Source: a virus
Length of the DNA stretch: 64,000 bases
IMG/VR virus record: IMGVR_UViG_3300014202_001569
Span: 26,218-90,217 of that record
Direction: 5' to 3' (one strand)
Positions 46,712 through 56,519 of this stretch are shown piece by piece. The notes under the pieces were generated by a model, which ran no database searches, had not been told where the DNA came from, and saw nothing but the letters and a program-made list of their open reading frames with translations. A program made the position numbers and the translations under genes. Position 1 is the stretch's first letter. Every line of letters starts with the position of its first letter.

Positions 46712-46847
46712 TGGACCAGTCGGGAATTGAACCCGATTCCAGTCGATTTGCTGACAAACTACGCTACTTGTGTTGAGGCATCTTTTCGCGTCTGACCTAC
46801 CACGGTCAAGCCTGTCACTTGGATCGCTGTCGAAACCTGTCTGGCCC
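46712..46847 (-). ncRNA. ssrA: Minimal tmRNA-like RNA (136 nt)
   Basis: GGGCCAG/CTGGTCC-A acceptor with G3.U pair; ACAGGTTTCGAC D-loop; P2 helices AGCGAT/ATCG(A)CT and TGACAGGCT/AGTTTGTCA; GGAA connector; TCGGG-TTCAATT-CCCGA T-arm. Confidence 0.8.
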
Positions 46848-46861
46848 GATTGTGTAAGTTA

Positions 46862-46994
46862 GCCCCTAGCGGTTATCGTCGCCGCACCTACCTGCAAAGC
46901 CTAGCGTACCATTGGCCACTGGCACGTCCTACATGGCATGTATACCCACCATTAAGAGTCGGCTCCAGGTCGCACTACATTATGCGATAGGGGC
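46862..46994 (-). ncRNA. Unknown structured RNA (133 nt), tRNA-like closing stem
   Basis: GCCCCTA/TAGGGGC terminal stem; internal stems TCGCA/TGCGA, CCTG-GAGCC/GGCTT-TG-CAGG, TACAT/ATGTA, CGTGCCA/TGGTACG and GCGG/CCGC; 5' end 9 nt after GTACC. Confidence 0.65.
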
Positions 46995-47070
46995 AACTTA
47001 ACTGGTACAATCGCAATTACATCATGCCCTAAAAAAGGGGAAGGGCTTTCGCCCCTCCCCCTCGGCCCCC

Positions 47071-48087
47071 TTAGACCGCAAGCCCGCTGGCCATTTCCAC
47101 CGCTGCGGACAGCGCCAGCTTGTTCATGGTGTTGTTCTGGCCAAACCAGAGCGAATTGAGTCGGTTGTCCTCATTCCGCCCGTTGACGTAGCTGAGATAC
47201 TCAGTCACGCCATTGTAGGCACTCCAGTACGTTCCCCGAACGCTAGGCAGGTTGTTCCCCTTGCCCGCTTCACAAAGCTCAATCACCTCTTCCAGAATGT
47301 TCTTCTGGCGTTCGGAAACCACTTCCTTCAACTCCTTGGAACGCTCCCCCGCCGTCCAGATGGCGCTATCCTCCGCGTCCACCTTGAACACCCGCTTGAC
47401 ATACTTGCGGAGGTCATTCTGGTTAATGCTCTTATTAACCAGCAAGCGATACTGCTCAGCAGTCGCCTCGAACTCCGCATTCATCAAGTTCATAACGTCC
47501 CGAAGATTTTCGAGATTCGTATGAATGTTCTTGCTATGCTTCAAGCGAATCAGCTTGGAAGCATCAGCGGAATGCGCCATCGAAAGCGTATTCCAGCAGA
47601 CCACGCGAATCGGCGTGAACCCGCAACGAACCGCCAAGCTACCGTCGTGGCTATGGCTGAGAAGAATGTACTTCTCAACCACATCCCCCGCCGCAATCTC
47701 CATCGGATCACGGTTCAGCTTAGCCAGCGCCCAAATGCGGCTGCCTTCAAACAGCGCCCCACCAGTATGCAGGGCCGCTTCCTTCTGGTCCAACCACGGT
47801 TGAAACCAGCCGAACGCCTCTTGATTCTGGAGAATCGTGTAGCGCTCACCCACCATGTTCGCCAACACCTTGCCATCAGTGGAACGAACCACTTCCCACG
47901 CATCAGCAGGCACCCACGCATCATTCACCTTGCGGGCCAACTGACGCTTCTCCGCGTCCCAATTCAGGCCAGCTTTCTCGATGAACAACTTGTGGTCATA
48001 CATCGCCGCCTCTTCCGTGACCGCCGTACCCAAACCATGCCACGGCGTTGCACCCACGAAAGCCATCGACTCAACTGCTGCAACCAT
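47071..48087 (-). CDS. DUF932 (TIGR03299-like) phage/plasmid protein
   Basis: VESMAF...PWHGLG, GALFEGSRIW, LLSHSHDGS, FTPIRVVCWNTL, GTYWSAYNGVTEY. Confidence 0.85.
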   Translation of the reverse strand: MVAAVESMAFVGATPWHGLGTAVTEEAAMYDHKLFIEKAGLNWDAEKRQLARKVNDAWVPADAWEVVRSTDGKVLANMVGERYTILQNQEAFGWFQPWLDQKEAALHTGGALFEGSRIWALAKLNRDPMEIAAGDVVEKYILLSHSHDGSLAVRCGFTPIRVVCWNTLSMAHSADASKLIRLKHSKNIHTNLENLRDVMNLMNAEFEATAEQYRLLVNKSINQNDLRKYVKRVFKVDAEDSAIWTAGERSKELKEVVSERQKNILEEVIELCEAGKGNNLPSVRGTYWSAYNGVTEYLSYVNGRNEDNRLNSLWFGQNNTMNKLALSAAVEMASGLAV

Positions 48088-48210
48088 GTTTCTCTCCCTT
48101 AAAGTAAAGTTTTCGGTTCCCTTGTGCCTTAACTGGTACAATTGCAATTTGGCCAAATCCAACTTCCCTTATCTTACCCCAAAAAACACCAATGTAAAAA
48201 GGAAGTCAGA

Positions 48211-48600
48211 TTACGCCGCCGCCTTCAAATTGTCTGGTGTACATGTTTCCAGGTCCACCACCGCAGCCAACGGATTGTCCACCCTCGGCTTTAACCACGC
48301 CAAGAACTGTTCCCTTGTATAGCTTCCTTCCTTCACCATCTTGCAATCCTCAACCTTGATCGGCGTCTTGTCCCACCACGGACGCTCTGGCTTCTTACGT
48401 TCCTTTACCGAATAAATGTTGCCAGCCTTCCTTTTGACCAAAGTAACGCGGAAATAATCCGTGAAAACGAAAGCCCCATAAATGTGCATCTTCCGCACAT
48501 CTATCGCCATCGTCTTCGGATTACCCGTCTTCGTAAATTCCCCCGTCTCTATGAAATAACGCTGGCATTCCGCCATCCACCGACTATTGTGCTGCTTCAT
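48211..48600 (-). CDS. Hypothetical protein ending -KAAA
   Basis: Start corrected to MKQHNSRW. Confidence 0.7.
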   Translation of the reverse strand: MKQHNSRWMAECQRYFIETGEFTKTGNPKTMAIDVRKMHIYGAFVFTDYFRVTLVKRKAGNIYSVKERKKPERPWWDKTPIKVEDCKMVKEGSYTREQFLAWLKPRVDNPLAAVVDLETCTPDNLKAAA

Positions 48601-48759
48601 CTTCCTTCCCCCTTGTGACCGTTGTTTTGCCCAAATCGAACTGGTACAATCGCAATTTGCAGCCTCCTCTCTATTAAAGAGAACATTCCCCACCCTACAT
48701 CCTAACTGTAACCATAGCAAGAGCTTAGATAGGGACATAGAAGTAGCCATTGTCCATGT

Positions 48760-49750
48760 ATCCTTCTCCTTTGTGCCAGGCGGAATTTATTATGTACTAG
48801 AGCCATAAGGGGTTACGTCTATGGTACAAATAAACCAAGACCTCCCTGAGATGAACTGAGTTCAACGGGAGCGTTCATAACGGTGAACGCCAGCGTTTGT
48901 CCGATTATTGGCAAGTTTTATGTGCTAGAGCCGCAATGACTTAGGGACAATCTTTTTTTAGGGTGATACGGGGAAGACAAGAATACGTCCTCTGCGCCCC
49001 TCACGGGCGAGTGCAGGTACACATGTGCATTATTCCCCGTGCGTAAGGTACGGGCGTCACAGACGGTTAGGGGAAATAATAATTTGGTTGTCAGAAAGGA
49101 GAGATGAGCAGCGTATCTGTTGAATGTGGCCCTGTGCAAAAACAAAAAATCCACTTTACTTTTGCGGTTTGCCTGGTAAAGTAATTGTAGTGCAGGTCAG
49201 TGATTGGGCGACACTGACCTGCACAACGGTATAGTCTGGCTACAACCCAGGCTATACCAATACAGGTAGCTAGGCTACCGATATGCAACGTCGCATACCC
49301 ATAGCTTGCCCTAATTAAAAGATGCCAGGTCTGCCGACGAAGCATATTCTTAGCTACAAGTCCTTTTGGTTTGGGTTCAAACAAGCGAGCATAGTTTTGC
49401 TCGCTTGTTTGTTTTAATGGTACAATCGCAATTCTCCCCCGTATGTGCATATGAGAGCATATACGCACATCACACATCCACATCACAGATTATAAACGCT
49501 TATACCCACCCGCACCACATATCCATCCCTTAATTACCCTGAAATTAAATTGGAATCTTTTCCTGTGACGTAAGTGCTTATAATGTAACGATTTATAACA
49601 TTTGGAAACTCTTCCACAATGCCTGTGAAATTAACTCACAATAAAACGGGTTAGACCCCATATTCCCCCTCCCTGCCCCAAGATTTAAGCCAAGCGACCT
49701 AACACGTTTCATCACAACGACTTGCGCCATACATTACTTCGACCTTCAAT
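48760..49750. other. About 1-kb non-coding island with many hairpins
   Basis: No credible ORF; inverted repeats at 49190-49224, 49228-49258 and 49379-49410; direct repeat TTATGTRCTAGAGCC at about 48790 and 48918. Confidence 0.55.
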
Positions 49751-49874
49751 TTGACGATAATTTGGTGTTCCTCACTTGTGTTAGGGCAAGTTAATAGCAC
49801 AAGCCCTACAGAGCGTCTACAATGCCCCAGGACGAGTCCGAGCATTAAGGGTGGGTTTGTGGTGGTAATATCCA

Positions 49875-50928
49875 TTAAGTCTTGCCAGGGAGCGGATATG
49901 CACGTCCATAGATACTTATTTGGGCATCGGGGATAGTATCATGGTGATTCAGGAACTTATAGGCGACTTGTCCGTTGCTCATTTTGCATACAGATTCTTC
50001 GGTATCCTTGTTGGGGTCGAAGGGGGTGATGAATTTTTGACCAAACTGCAAGGATTGGAGAGTACAGTATTTCATAGTATATCCTTTTTAAGCTGGTTTA
50101 GTTCGGATTGGATGATACGTTGGGCATCGCCGCCTTGGTACAATGGTAGAATTATTTCTAATTCGATGATTCTGGCGAGTTTGATGATATGGGCATCGAC
50201 TTGCCAGACGGCTTTATCGCCGTATTTTTTGGTAAAGGCATTGGCTAGTTCAGTGGGTTTCATGGTGTTCGCTCAGTGGCGGGCAACAGCGGGATTCAAG
50301 GACGTAGTAATTGAGTCCAGATTGCAGGACGACAAATGAGTTATTAGCTTCTTTGACGAAGGTATAAATCATTTTTTCGCCTTTCTTCATGATCCAATTA
50401 ACTTGATTGCCGAACGTGACCATAGAGACGTGGCAATCGTCTGTTAATATGAATTGTTTTGGCATATTAGTTACAGCTAAACAGTGGTGACGCTTTGCCT
50501 TCCTTTAGGACATTATCATTAGGGTCGAGTAGGCGGAATCGACCTACGGAGTAGAGTTTGAGTTGTTTCTGGTAAACATCTTCGGCGTAGTCCTTATTAG
50601 GATTGGAGCAGACGGTTTTCCATTCGCCTGCGGCGAGTCCAGCGCGTTGCACTTTGAAATCCATGATAATCTCCTTTTGTTCTATTTAGAGCGTGACGAC
50701 TTCAATTCGGTTCAGGTCGGGATGATTATTTGGGCGAATCCAGGGATCAATACTGCCAGTATAGTGACGGGCGACTACCTTTTTACCATTTGCTTTAACA
50801 AACTGGTAGGTAGGGGAACCGTAGTGGTCTGGCATGGATTGTATCCGATACTTCTGGCCGTTGTCTAGTCCTTTGGTCATAATCCAGCCGTGGACAAGGA
50901 TAACGGAGCCGACTTTGAGTTTGTTCAT
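49875..50928 (-). CDS. Five small tandem hypothetical ORFs (50686-50928, 50467-50664, 50250-50465, 50072-50263, 49875-50075)
   Basis: ORF track; overlapping or abutting; the first is leaderless, 9 nt after the motif. Confidence 0.6.
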
Positions 50929-51079
50929 ACTTCACTTGGTACAATTGCAATTGTTGGATAGATACAGTTGTGTCTCAATTCAACTTCTGGTTATATCGCC
51001 GCCACAACCGTCTTAACAACAATCGTATATTTGATTACAAGTATTACTTGGAGCGAATCAGGTTATATTGGCGTGGGCG

Positions 51080-51346
51080 TTAGAAGCGTTCTTTTATAGC
51101 TTCTATGAGTGTATCGGGTTGATTAGTTTTGATATAAATATCCATTATACCATTACCAGCGTATCCTTTTATTTTAATTCCGCCGTTTGCGGTCATTTGG
51201 AATCTTATAAAGCCAGGTTTATAGGCATGACGGGCGGTTTCGGTACGATTAAGGATAACACGTTGGACGTATGGAAGGGATTCGAGCCAGCGTATAGCTG
51301 GTTTGAGTTCTTTCATAACGGTTTGGTGTGATCCTTTTTTATTCAT
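51080..51346 (-). CDS. Hypothetical basic protein
   Basis: ATGA overlap with the upstream gene. Confidence 0.6.
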   Translation of the reverse strand: MNKKGSHQTVMKELKPAIRWLESLPYVQRVILNRTETARHAYKPGFIRFQMTANGGIKIKGYAGNGIMDIYIKTNQPDTLIEAIKERF

Positions 51347-51903
51347 CTTGTTAATTTAGCGCCAGGGTGTCCATTCATTCCCTTAATCAATTTATTAACT
51401 TCTTGACATTCTTTATCCTTCTTATATGGATATTTAGTCCAGCATTGGGCGATAAGGTGGGCGGCATCATCGGGATTTTCTTCATCGGCGTGGGCCTGAG
51501 CTTCGTTAATAAGCTGTTGGGCGGCTTCGGTACGGATATAGTCAAGGACGTGGTGGAAGTTACTGGCATCGGCGTGGGCACGTCTGCCGTTATCCCAGGA
51601 CGGATTACAATACTTTTCCAGGTAGTTATTGACCATACGGTGATCGACAACGGCGGAAGTGGGGTGATAGAAGCAGATTAGGTGGCCGTTTAATTTGGCC
51701 CAAAAGAAGGTAACGACGACGGGGCAATCTGCTATTTGGCCGATGGTGGAGCAGGTTCCCATACAATCTTGTTCCCAGCGAATTGTATTTAATTCGGTGG
51801 GGTGTAGTGCTTGGGTGGAGTAGCGTTCCCATAGGGATTGACGGGCGTAGTCATCGGCTTCGACAACAAATTCGGTATCTTTGAAGCGTGGGTCAACTTT
51901 CAT
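51343..51903 (-). CDS. Hypothetical protein
   Basis: GGAGG SD; 186 aa. Confidence 0.65.
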   Translation of the reverse strand: MKVDPRFKDTEFVVEADDYARQSLWERYSTQALHPTELNTIRWEQDCMGTCSTIGQIADCPVVVTFFWAKLNGHLICFYHPTSAVVDHRMVNNYLEKYCNPSWDNGRRAHADASNFHHVLDYIRTEAAQQLINEAQAHADEENPDDAAHLIAQCWTKYPYKKDKECQEVNKLIKGMNGHPGAKLTR

Positions 51904-52116
51904 GCTGCCTCCAATAGTTGTAGGACGCGCCAGCCGCCTTTATAGCAGGCTTTGACTAATTCGGCAATAGGGGCGTTTATGGGTGTATGCCAGCGGTCAC
52001 TAACCCAGCTGGTTCGGAGTAGGTAGCGCCAGACAGGGCGATGATACGATAATTCTCATCATGGGTGAGATTATTACCGCCAGTGATTTGTGGGTGGGCG
52101 GTTTTACCGTCGATAA

Positions 52117-52563
52117 CTAGGAACATTTATTCTCCAGTGGGCAATCGCCGTAATGAAATAAATCCCAAACTTCTCTGACGCCATCTTCCCAATCGGACTG
52201 ACGACCATCGGATTTAACGATAAAATCGTCACCGAAGTAATGTTTCAGGATAGTGAGGCAGCCTGTAACTAGGGTATCGTAAGGTTTTCTTGCTGTTTTA
52301 CAGAAGGTGAACAGTTTGCCATCTGTTTCTTGTCTAAAGCTAGGTTGAAAGAGTTGTTCGACGCTAAAGGTTTCGTGGCCATCTTCTTCGATACCATTGA
52401 ATCGGATGGTATTTTCTGAGAAGACGGGTGGTTCGTCTATATCGTATTCAAACTGGACGGGGATATTCAGGCTTTTGGCGAGCAGGGAGCAATCCTTGCT
52501 GGCTTTCTTGAATTTATCGGCGTCGAGTTTTTCGGGGCGATACCAATAGTGAGTGTAGCCCAT
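52117..52563 (-). CDS. Conserved phage hypothetical protein (MGYTHYW type)
   Basis: MGYTHYW...GHETF...FCKTARKPYD...SDG. Confidence 0.75.
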   Translation of the reverse strand: MGYTHYWYRPEKLDADKFKKASKDCSLLAKSLNIPVQFEYDIDEPPVFSENTIRFNGIEEDGHETFSVEQLFQPSFRQETDGKLFTFCKTARKPYDTLVTGCLTILKHYFGDDFIVKSDGRQSDWEDGVREVWDLFHYGDCPLENKCS

Positions 52564-52565
52564 TA

Positions 52566-54694
52566 TTAACTTTCCTTTTCGATGTTAATAAGCTCTTGGA
52601 GAGCATTAGTGGGGAAGGGAATATCGAATGATTCGACTAATTCGTTGCAGCAATCGAGGTCGATTGGGGCTTTTTCGTTGGCTAAAGAGAACAGGAGCAT
52701 GGCGAGTTCGCCTAATTGCTGGGCATCCATTGGGACATTGTTAATAGCGAAGGTATTATCTTCGCGGTTACAATAGATGTTGATTTTAGTTTCTTCTTCG
52801 ACGTTATTGGGGTTAATAGCGGTGAAGAAGATGACTTCATTATCCATGATTGCACCTTTTGGGTTTTGGGCACTTAGCTTGGTACAATTGCAATTAGCGG
52901 GCCTAGCCATTCGCCGTCGATTTCATCTAGTTTACGTTTATCATAAAGACCTTCGTGGCACCAGCGGGCATAGAAGACGCGGTTTTCTGGTTTGATATTA
53001 GTGATAGACTCATAGCGTGAGACATTGGGGTTCGATTGTCTTTCTTTTTCGATGGATTGATCGTGGTCGGTGAAGACGTAGTAGATGGATTCTGCTTTGT
53101 ATTTATTTTTTCGCCACCAGTAGTAGCCTGATTGGGTGGGTTTGGTAGTGGTCCAGTCCATTATTATCCTTTCACGGCTTCGCCAAGGAAGACATAGGTA
53201 TATGTGTGGCCTACCATAGAGCCAGTGTGTTCATAGCGGACGAATTTAACACGGATAGAGCAGGATGAGCGGTCCCAGCCTTTGATCGTGGAGTGACCGT
53301 TTTCGGTCATGCCGAGTAAGTGGGCAGCCATAGTATAGGCTTCATCGCAGGCGCGGTCGAAGTTAGCTTCTTTGCGGGTGATGAAGATTTGTTCGCTTTT
53401 AAGGATTTTCATTGATTTGCTCTAATTCGTATTTGATTTGCTTGGCCAGGTCTGTTTCGAGTTTGGAGTACCAAGTGTTAAAAGCGCCTTCTTTATTATC
53501 TTCTTTGGAGACGAATTTAACGAAGTCTTTAGCCAGGATGCGTAGAGCTTCTTTACGGGACATATTCATCCTTAAAATTAGTGGGGCAAGATTCATTTGG
53601 GCAGAGTGAGCCTTGATCTTCGCGTTTGACATAGCCGCAATCGGGGCATTCATCCTCGAATACGACGGCGCATTTATCACCGAAGATATTATCCTCGAAG
53701 AAGGTTTTAATTTCTTTGCGGACGGTATTACGGTCGGCGTCACGCCAGATAATAGCGTCTTCGATGGTTCCAGGGAGTTCGATGCTGGCGTGTCCATCGG
53801 GGATACCTACTGAGCTATCACCACGGACGGTAAGGTAGATTTTCATTAGAATGGGATTGTTGGGTCTATTGTGGGTGGTTTAGGGTTATCGAGGTAGTCG
53901 ATTTTGGTACGCATATTATCAATTGCGTCTTCGGTATCGGTTCCTGTAGCGAACAGTTCTTTGCCGTCTTTACGGAAGGTAATTTCGGTCCAGTATTCTT
54001 CGCCGCCGTAGTTAGGGGCGTGTTTACGTTCGGTATGGAACCATTTCCAGCCTTTATATTCATTGCGGGCGGCTTGTTGGGCGGGGATGGCGAGGTTTTT
54101 CATGATACCCATTAGACGCGCTCCTTGAGAATCTTGATAATTTCTTCGAGAATGTATTGTGCCTTATAGGGCATACCTTCATCGGGAGCGTTGTTTGCGG
54201 CGAGGTTAATCGCCTTGAGGGTATCTTGGGCGATGCGGTCAGCTTCGGAGTTCAGGTGTTTGTATTTGGTATTCATGCTTAGTTTGGTACAATTGCAATT
54301 AGTCGTCTTCATGGCAGAAGACATGCCCGCAGGTGCATTCTTCGCCTTCGGTGGCATCAGCGGGGATTGTTTCCTTACAATCAGGGCATTCGCCGTTTTC
54401 GTAACAGTCTTGCACTTTACGGGCGGGCAATTCGCTTTCCAGGGCTTCTTTCCATTCGGGGGAATTTTGGTCGGCAATCCAGTTAATAATGGCTTCAATA
54501 GCGCCAGGGTTATCTGAGAGAAACTCAATCAAGTCGCCGTGGCAGCCATCTTGGGCGAATTGACCACGGTGCATGGCATCTTGATAGCCCATCGTATTGA
54601 CGAGGCGGCAGAGGTTTTCGACTCCTGTAGAGCCTTCCATACAGTGCATTTTCTTTTCGTCGCGGTATTCTTCGATCAAATTGAGCATATCCAT
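52566..54694 (-). CDS. Tandem small hypothetical ORFs (52566-52847, 52874-53161, 53164-53412, 53399-53569, 53553-53846, 53846-54112, 54112-54276, 54299-54694)
   Basis: Tight operon-like packing; starts corrected to the first ATG after the motif or an SD. Confidence 0.6.
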
Positions 54695-54707
54695 CGTTAT
54701 TCCTTTT

Positions 54708-55028
54708 TTAGTCGTGGGAGCCGACGCAGGTTTTGCCATGTTCGGGGCATTGGAAGCTAATAAAGCATACGCAATTGCACAATTCAGCTTTCTCGCAGCA
54801 AGCGTAGCGTTTCTTGTCTGCGGCCTTGATACATTCGCTGGAGCAGTTCTTTTGTTCTGCTTGATCCAGGGCGCGGGCGAAGGTATCGTCGTCTAGTGGT
54901 TTGCCGCAGGTACGACAATTAGCATAGCGTGCGATCCAATCGGCGCTTAGGGGATATTCTTCTGTCTTCCAGCCAGGATAGACCCAGCGGGCGACACCAG
55001 CGTTGCGGTCGATAGTGATGGTTTTCAT
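54708..55028 (-). CDS. Cys-rich Zn-finger-like ORF
   Basis: Start MKTITID 10 nt after the motif; CRTC, CSSEC, CPEH. Confidence 0.65.
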   Translation of the reverse strand: MKTITIDRNAGVARWVYPGWKTEEYPLSADWIARYANCRTCGKPLDDDTFARALDQAEQKNCSSECIKAADKKRYACCEKAELCNCVCFISFQCPEHGKTCVGSHD

Positions 55029-55308
55029 ACTTACCTCTGGTACAATTGCAATTTCACTTTGCAAATTGGACAAGAAACAAACCTGTGCGGACGATCTTCC
55101 AGCCATGAGCCTTATACCATTCGGCTCGTTTCAGGCCAGCCAGCGTGCTAGTGTCAACGGTTTTATATTTCACTTGGCGCACTCCGCAAGCCATGCTTGC
55201 ATAACGGCTTGAGCCATTGCATTGCCTTCGCAGGAATGCAAGACTTTATAGTGGCCATTACCAAGATGGCGGGAAATATACTTGCCATGAACGACGCAAT
55301 TGGACGGA

Positions 55309-55686
55309 TCATTTCCGAGTAACTGAATCCAGGTCTTCACTTGTGTTCTCCTGTTGGTATGCTTTGATTGGTACAATTGGAATTTTCTGGCATACCTTAA
55401 TCAAGGCATCGCGGAGTTGTTCAGCGATGATACGGGGGAGCATCATACTGCTACCGTGCCTGAAATGAATCCAAACGTCATTAGATTCGCTGGCGTAGCA
55501 TGGTTCGACCATGATAAGCGGGCCAGTTTGGTAATCATTTTCAGGTGGTGGCAGGGATTTAGGGTCGTGGAGTGGGCCTTGATGTTGTCTATGATCCTCA
55601 AATTCTTGCCCATCATATCGCTTGCCTGGGAAGCATTTATGATCGTAGATATAGGTTTCAAAACCAGTTGGGTTGCTTGATGGCAT
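55309..55686 (-). CDS. Hypothetical protein
   Basis: TAATG-coupled to an upstream ORF at 55686-55850. Confidence 0.55.
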   Translation of the reverse strand: MPSSNPTGFETYIYDHKCFPGKRYDGQEFEDHRQHQGPLHDPKSLPPPENDYQTGPLIMVEPCYASESNDVWIHFRHGSSMMLPRIIAEQLRDALIKVCQKIPIVPIKAYQQENTSEDLDSVTRK

Positions 55687-55850
55687 TATTTATCTCGATT
55701 CTGGAGCATTTTGATAAAGATAGTACGGTCTTCGGGTGGTAGAGACAGGGCGAAGAGGACTGCATCGCTCAGCGTGTTATTATGGATCAATAGTTCGACC
55801 ACATCTTTGCGGTTGCCATTGGTCCAATTCTCAAGCATTTCGTCCATCAT

Positions 55851-56519
55851 TTACTCCAGATAGGGGCAGAAATCGCCTTGGGTACAGCCAGGGACGGGGA
55901 TTAGGGTATTGCTACCTTTAACGTCACAGCCTTCCAATGCGGCGAGGGCTTTGAACCAGTTAGATTTAGGTGTATTGGCGAGTAGGACTAACAGGTGGAA
56001 GCCGCCGCGAGTTTTAAGGATTTTGAACGCATTATCGGGCAATAGTTCCTTTATTTTAGGCAAATGGAGAATGGGTTCGATGTTATCGTAGTCAAAATCA
56101 ACGAAGACTTTACGGTTAGTGGCGTGGTGAACGGCGGTGCGGGCGATGGAAAGCGGGTTGAAATCAGCTTTTCCATCGGCAAAGCACTTGGCGAGTTCGA
56201 CCAGTAGTTCTTTGTTTGCCTTAACTATATTACGGGGATTTAGCGCAATGTAAAGGGCGAGGGCTTCTTGGGGAACGTCAATTCCGTCTCTTTTGTAGCC
56301 ACCGAAAGAGCATTCCAGTCTAAGGATATGTTCTTTTAGGGTATCTTTGCTGCTGGTGAAGCGGGCGAGTTGGTTGTCTTTGAGGTTCGGGACACTGGAG
56401 CAGTATTTGTGTCTAGCGAACAGGGCGAGATAATAGACTTCATCAGCTTCCAGGTCGGGAAGGAAGCTAATGAAGTCATCTAGTTTAGTTTCATCGAGCA
56501 GGACTTTGTAGTGGGTCAT
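55851..56519 (-). CDS. Putative AEP/primase-fold protein
   Basis: Leaderless start MTHYKVLL; VFVDFD (DxD) and KTRGGFH motifs. Confidence 0.4.
   Translation of the reverse strand: MTHYKVLLDETKLDDFISFLPDLEADEVYYLALFARHKYCSSVPNLKDNQLARFTSSKDTLKEHILRLECSFGGYKRDGIDVPQEALALYIALNPRNIVKANKELLVELAKCFADGKADFNPLSIARTAVHHATNRKVFVDFDYDNIEPILHLPKIKELLPDNAFKILKTRGGFHLLVLLANTPKSNWFKALAALEGCDVKGSNTLIPVPGCTQGDFCPYLE

Noticed and set aside
46712-46994. Two-piece (permuted) tmRNA
   Set aside because: Both acceptor strands and the T-arm lie in normal order within 46712-46847, and the upstream RNA has its own closing stem
48823-48835. Degenerate motif ggtacaaataaac
   Set aside because: It lacks the TAATTGC half, so it was not counted; a weak variant cannot be excluded
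50137-50151. Partial motif ggtacaatggtag
   Set aside because: Only the ATTGTACC half matches, it lies inside a coding sequence, and there is no start at the 9-nt offset
55687-55693. ATAAATA late-promoter-like site before 55686
   Set aside because: It is the GAT AAA TAA end of the upstream ORF overlapping the ATG (TAATG coupling)
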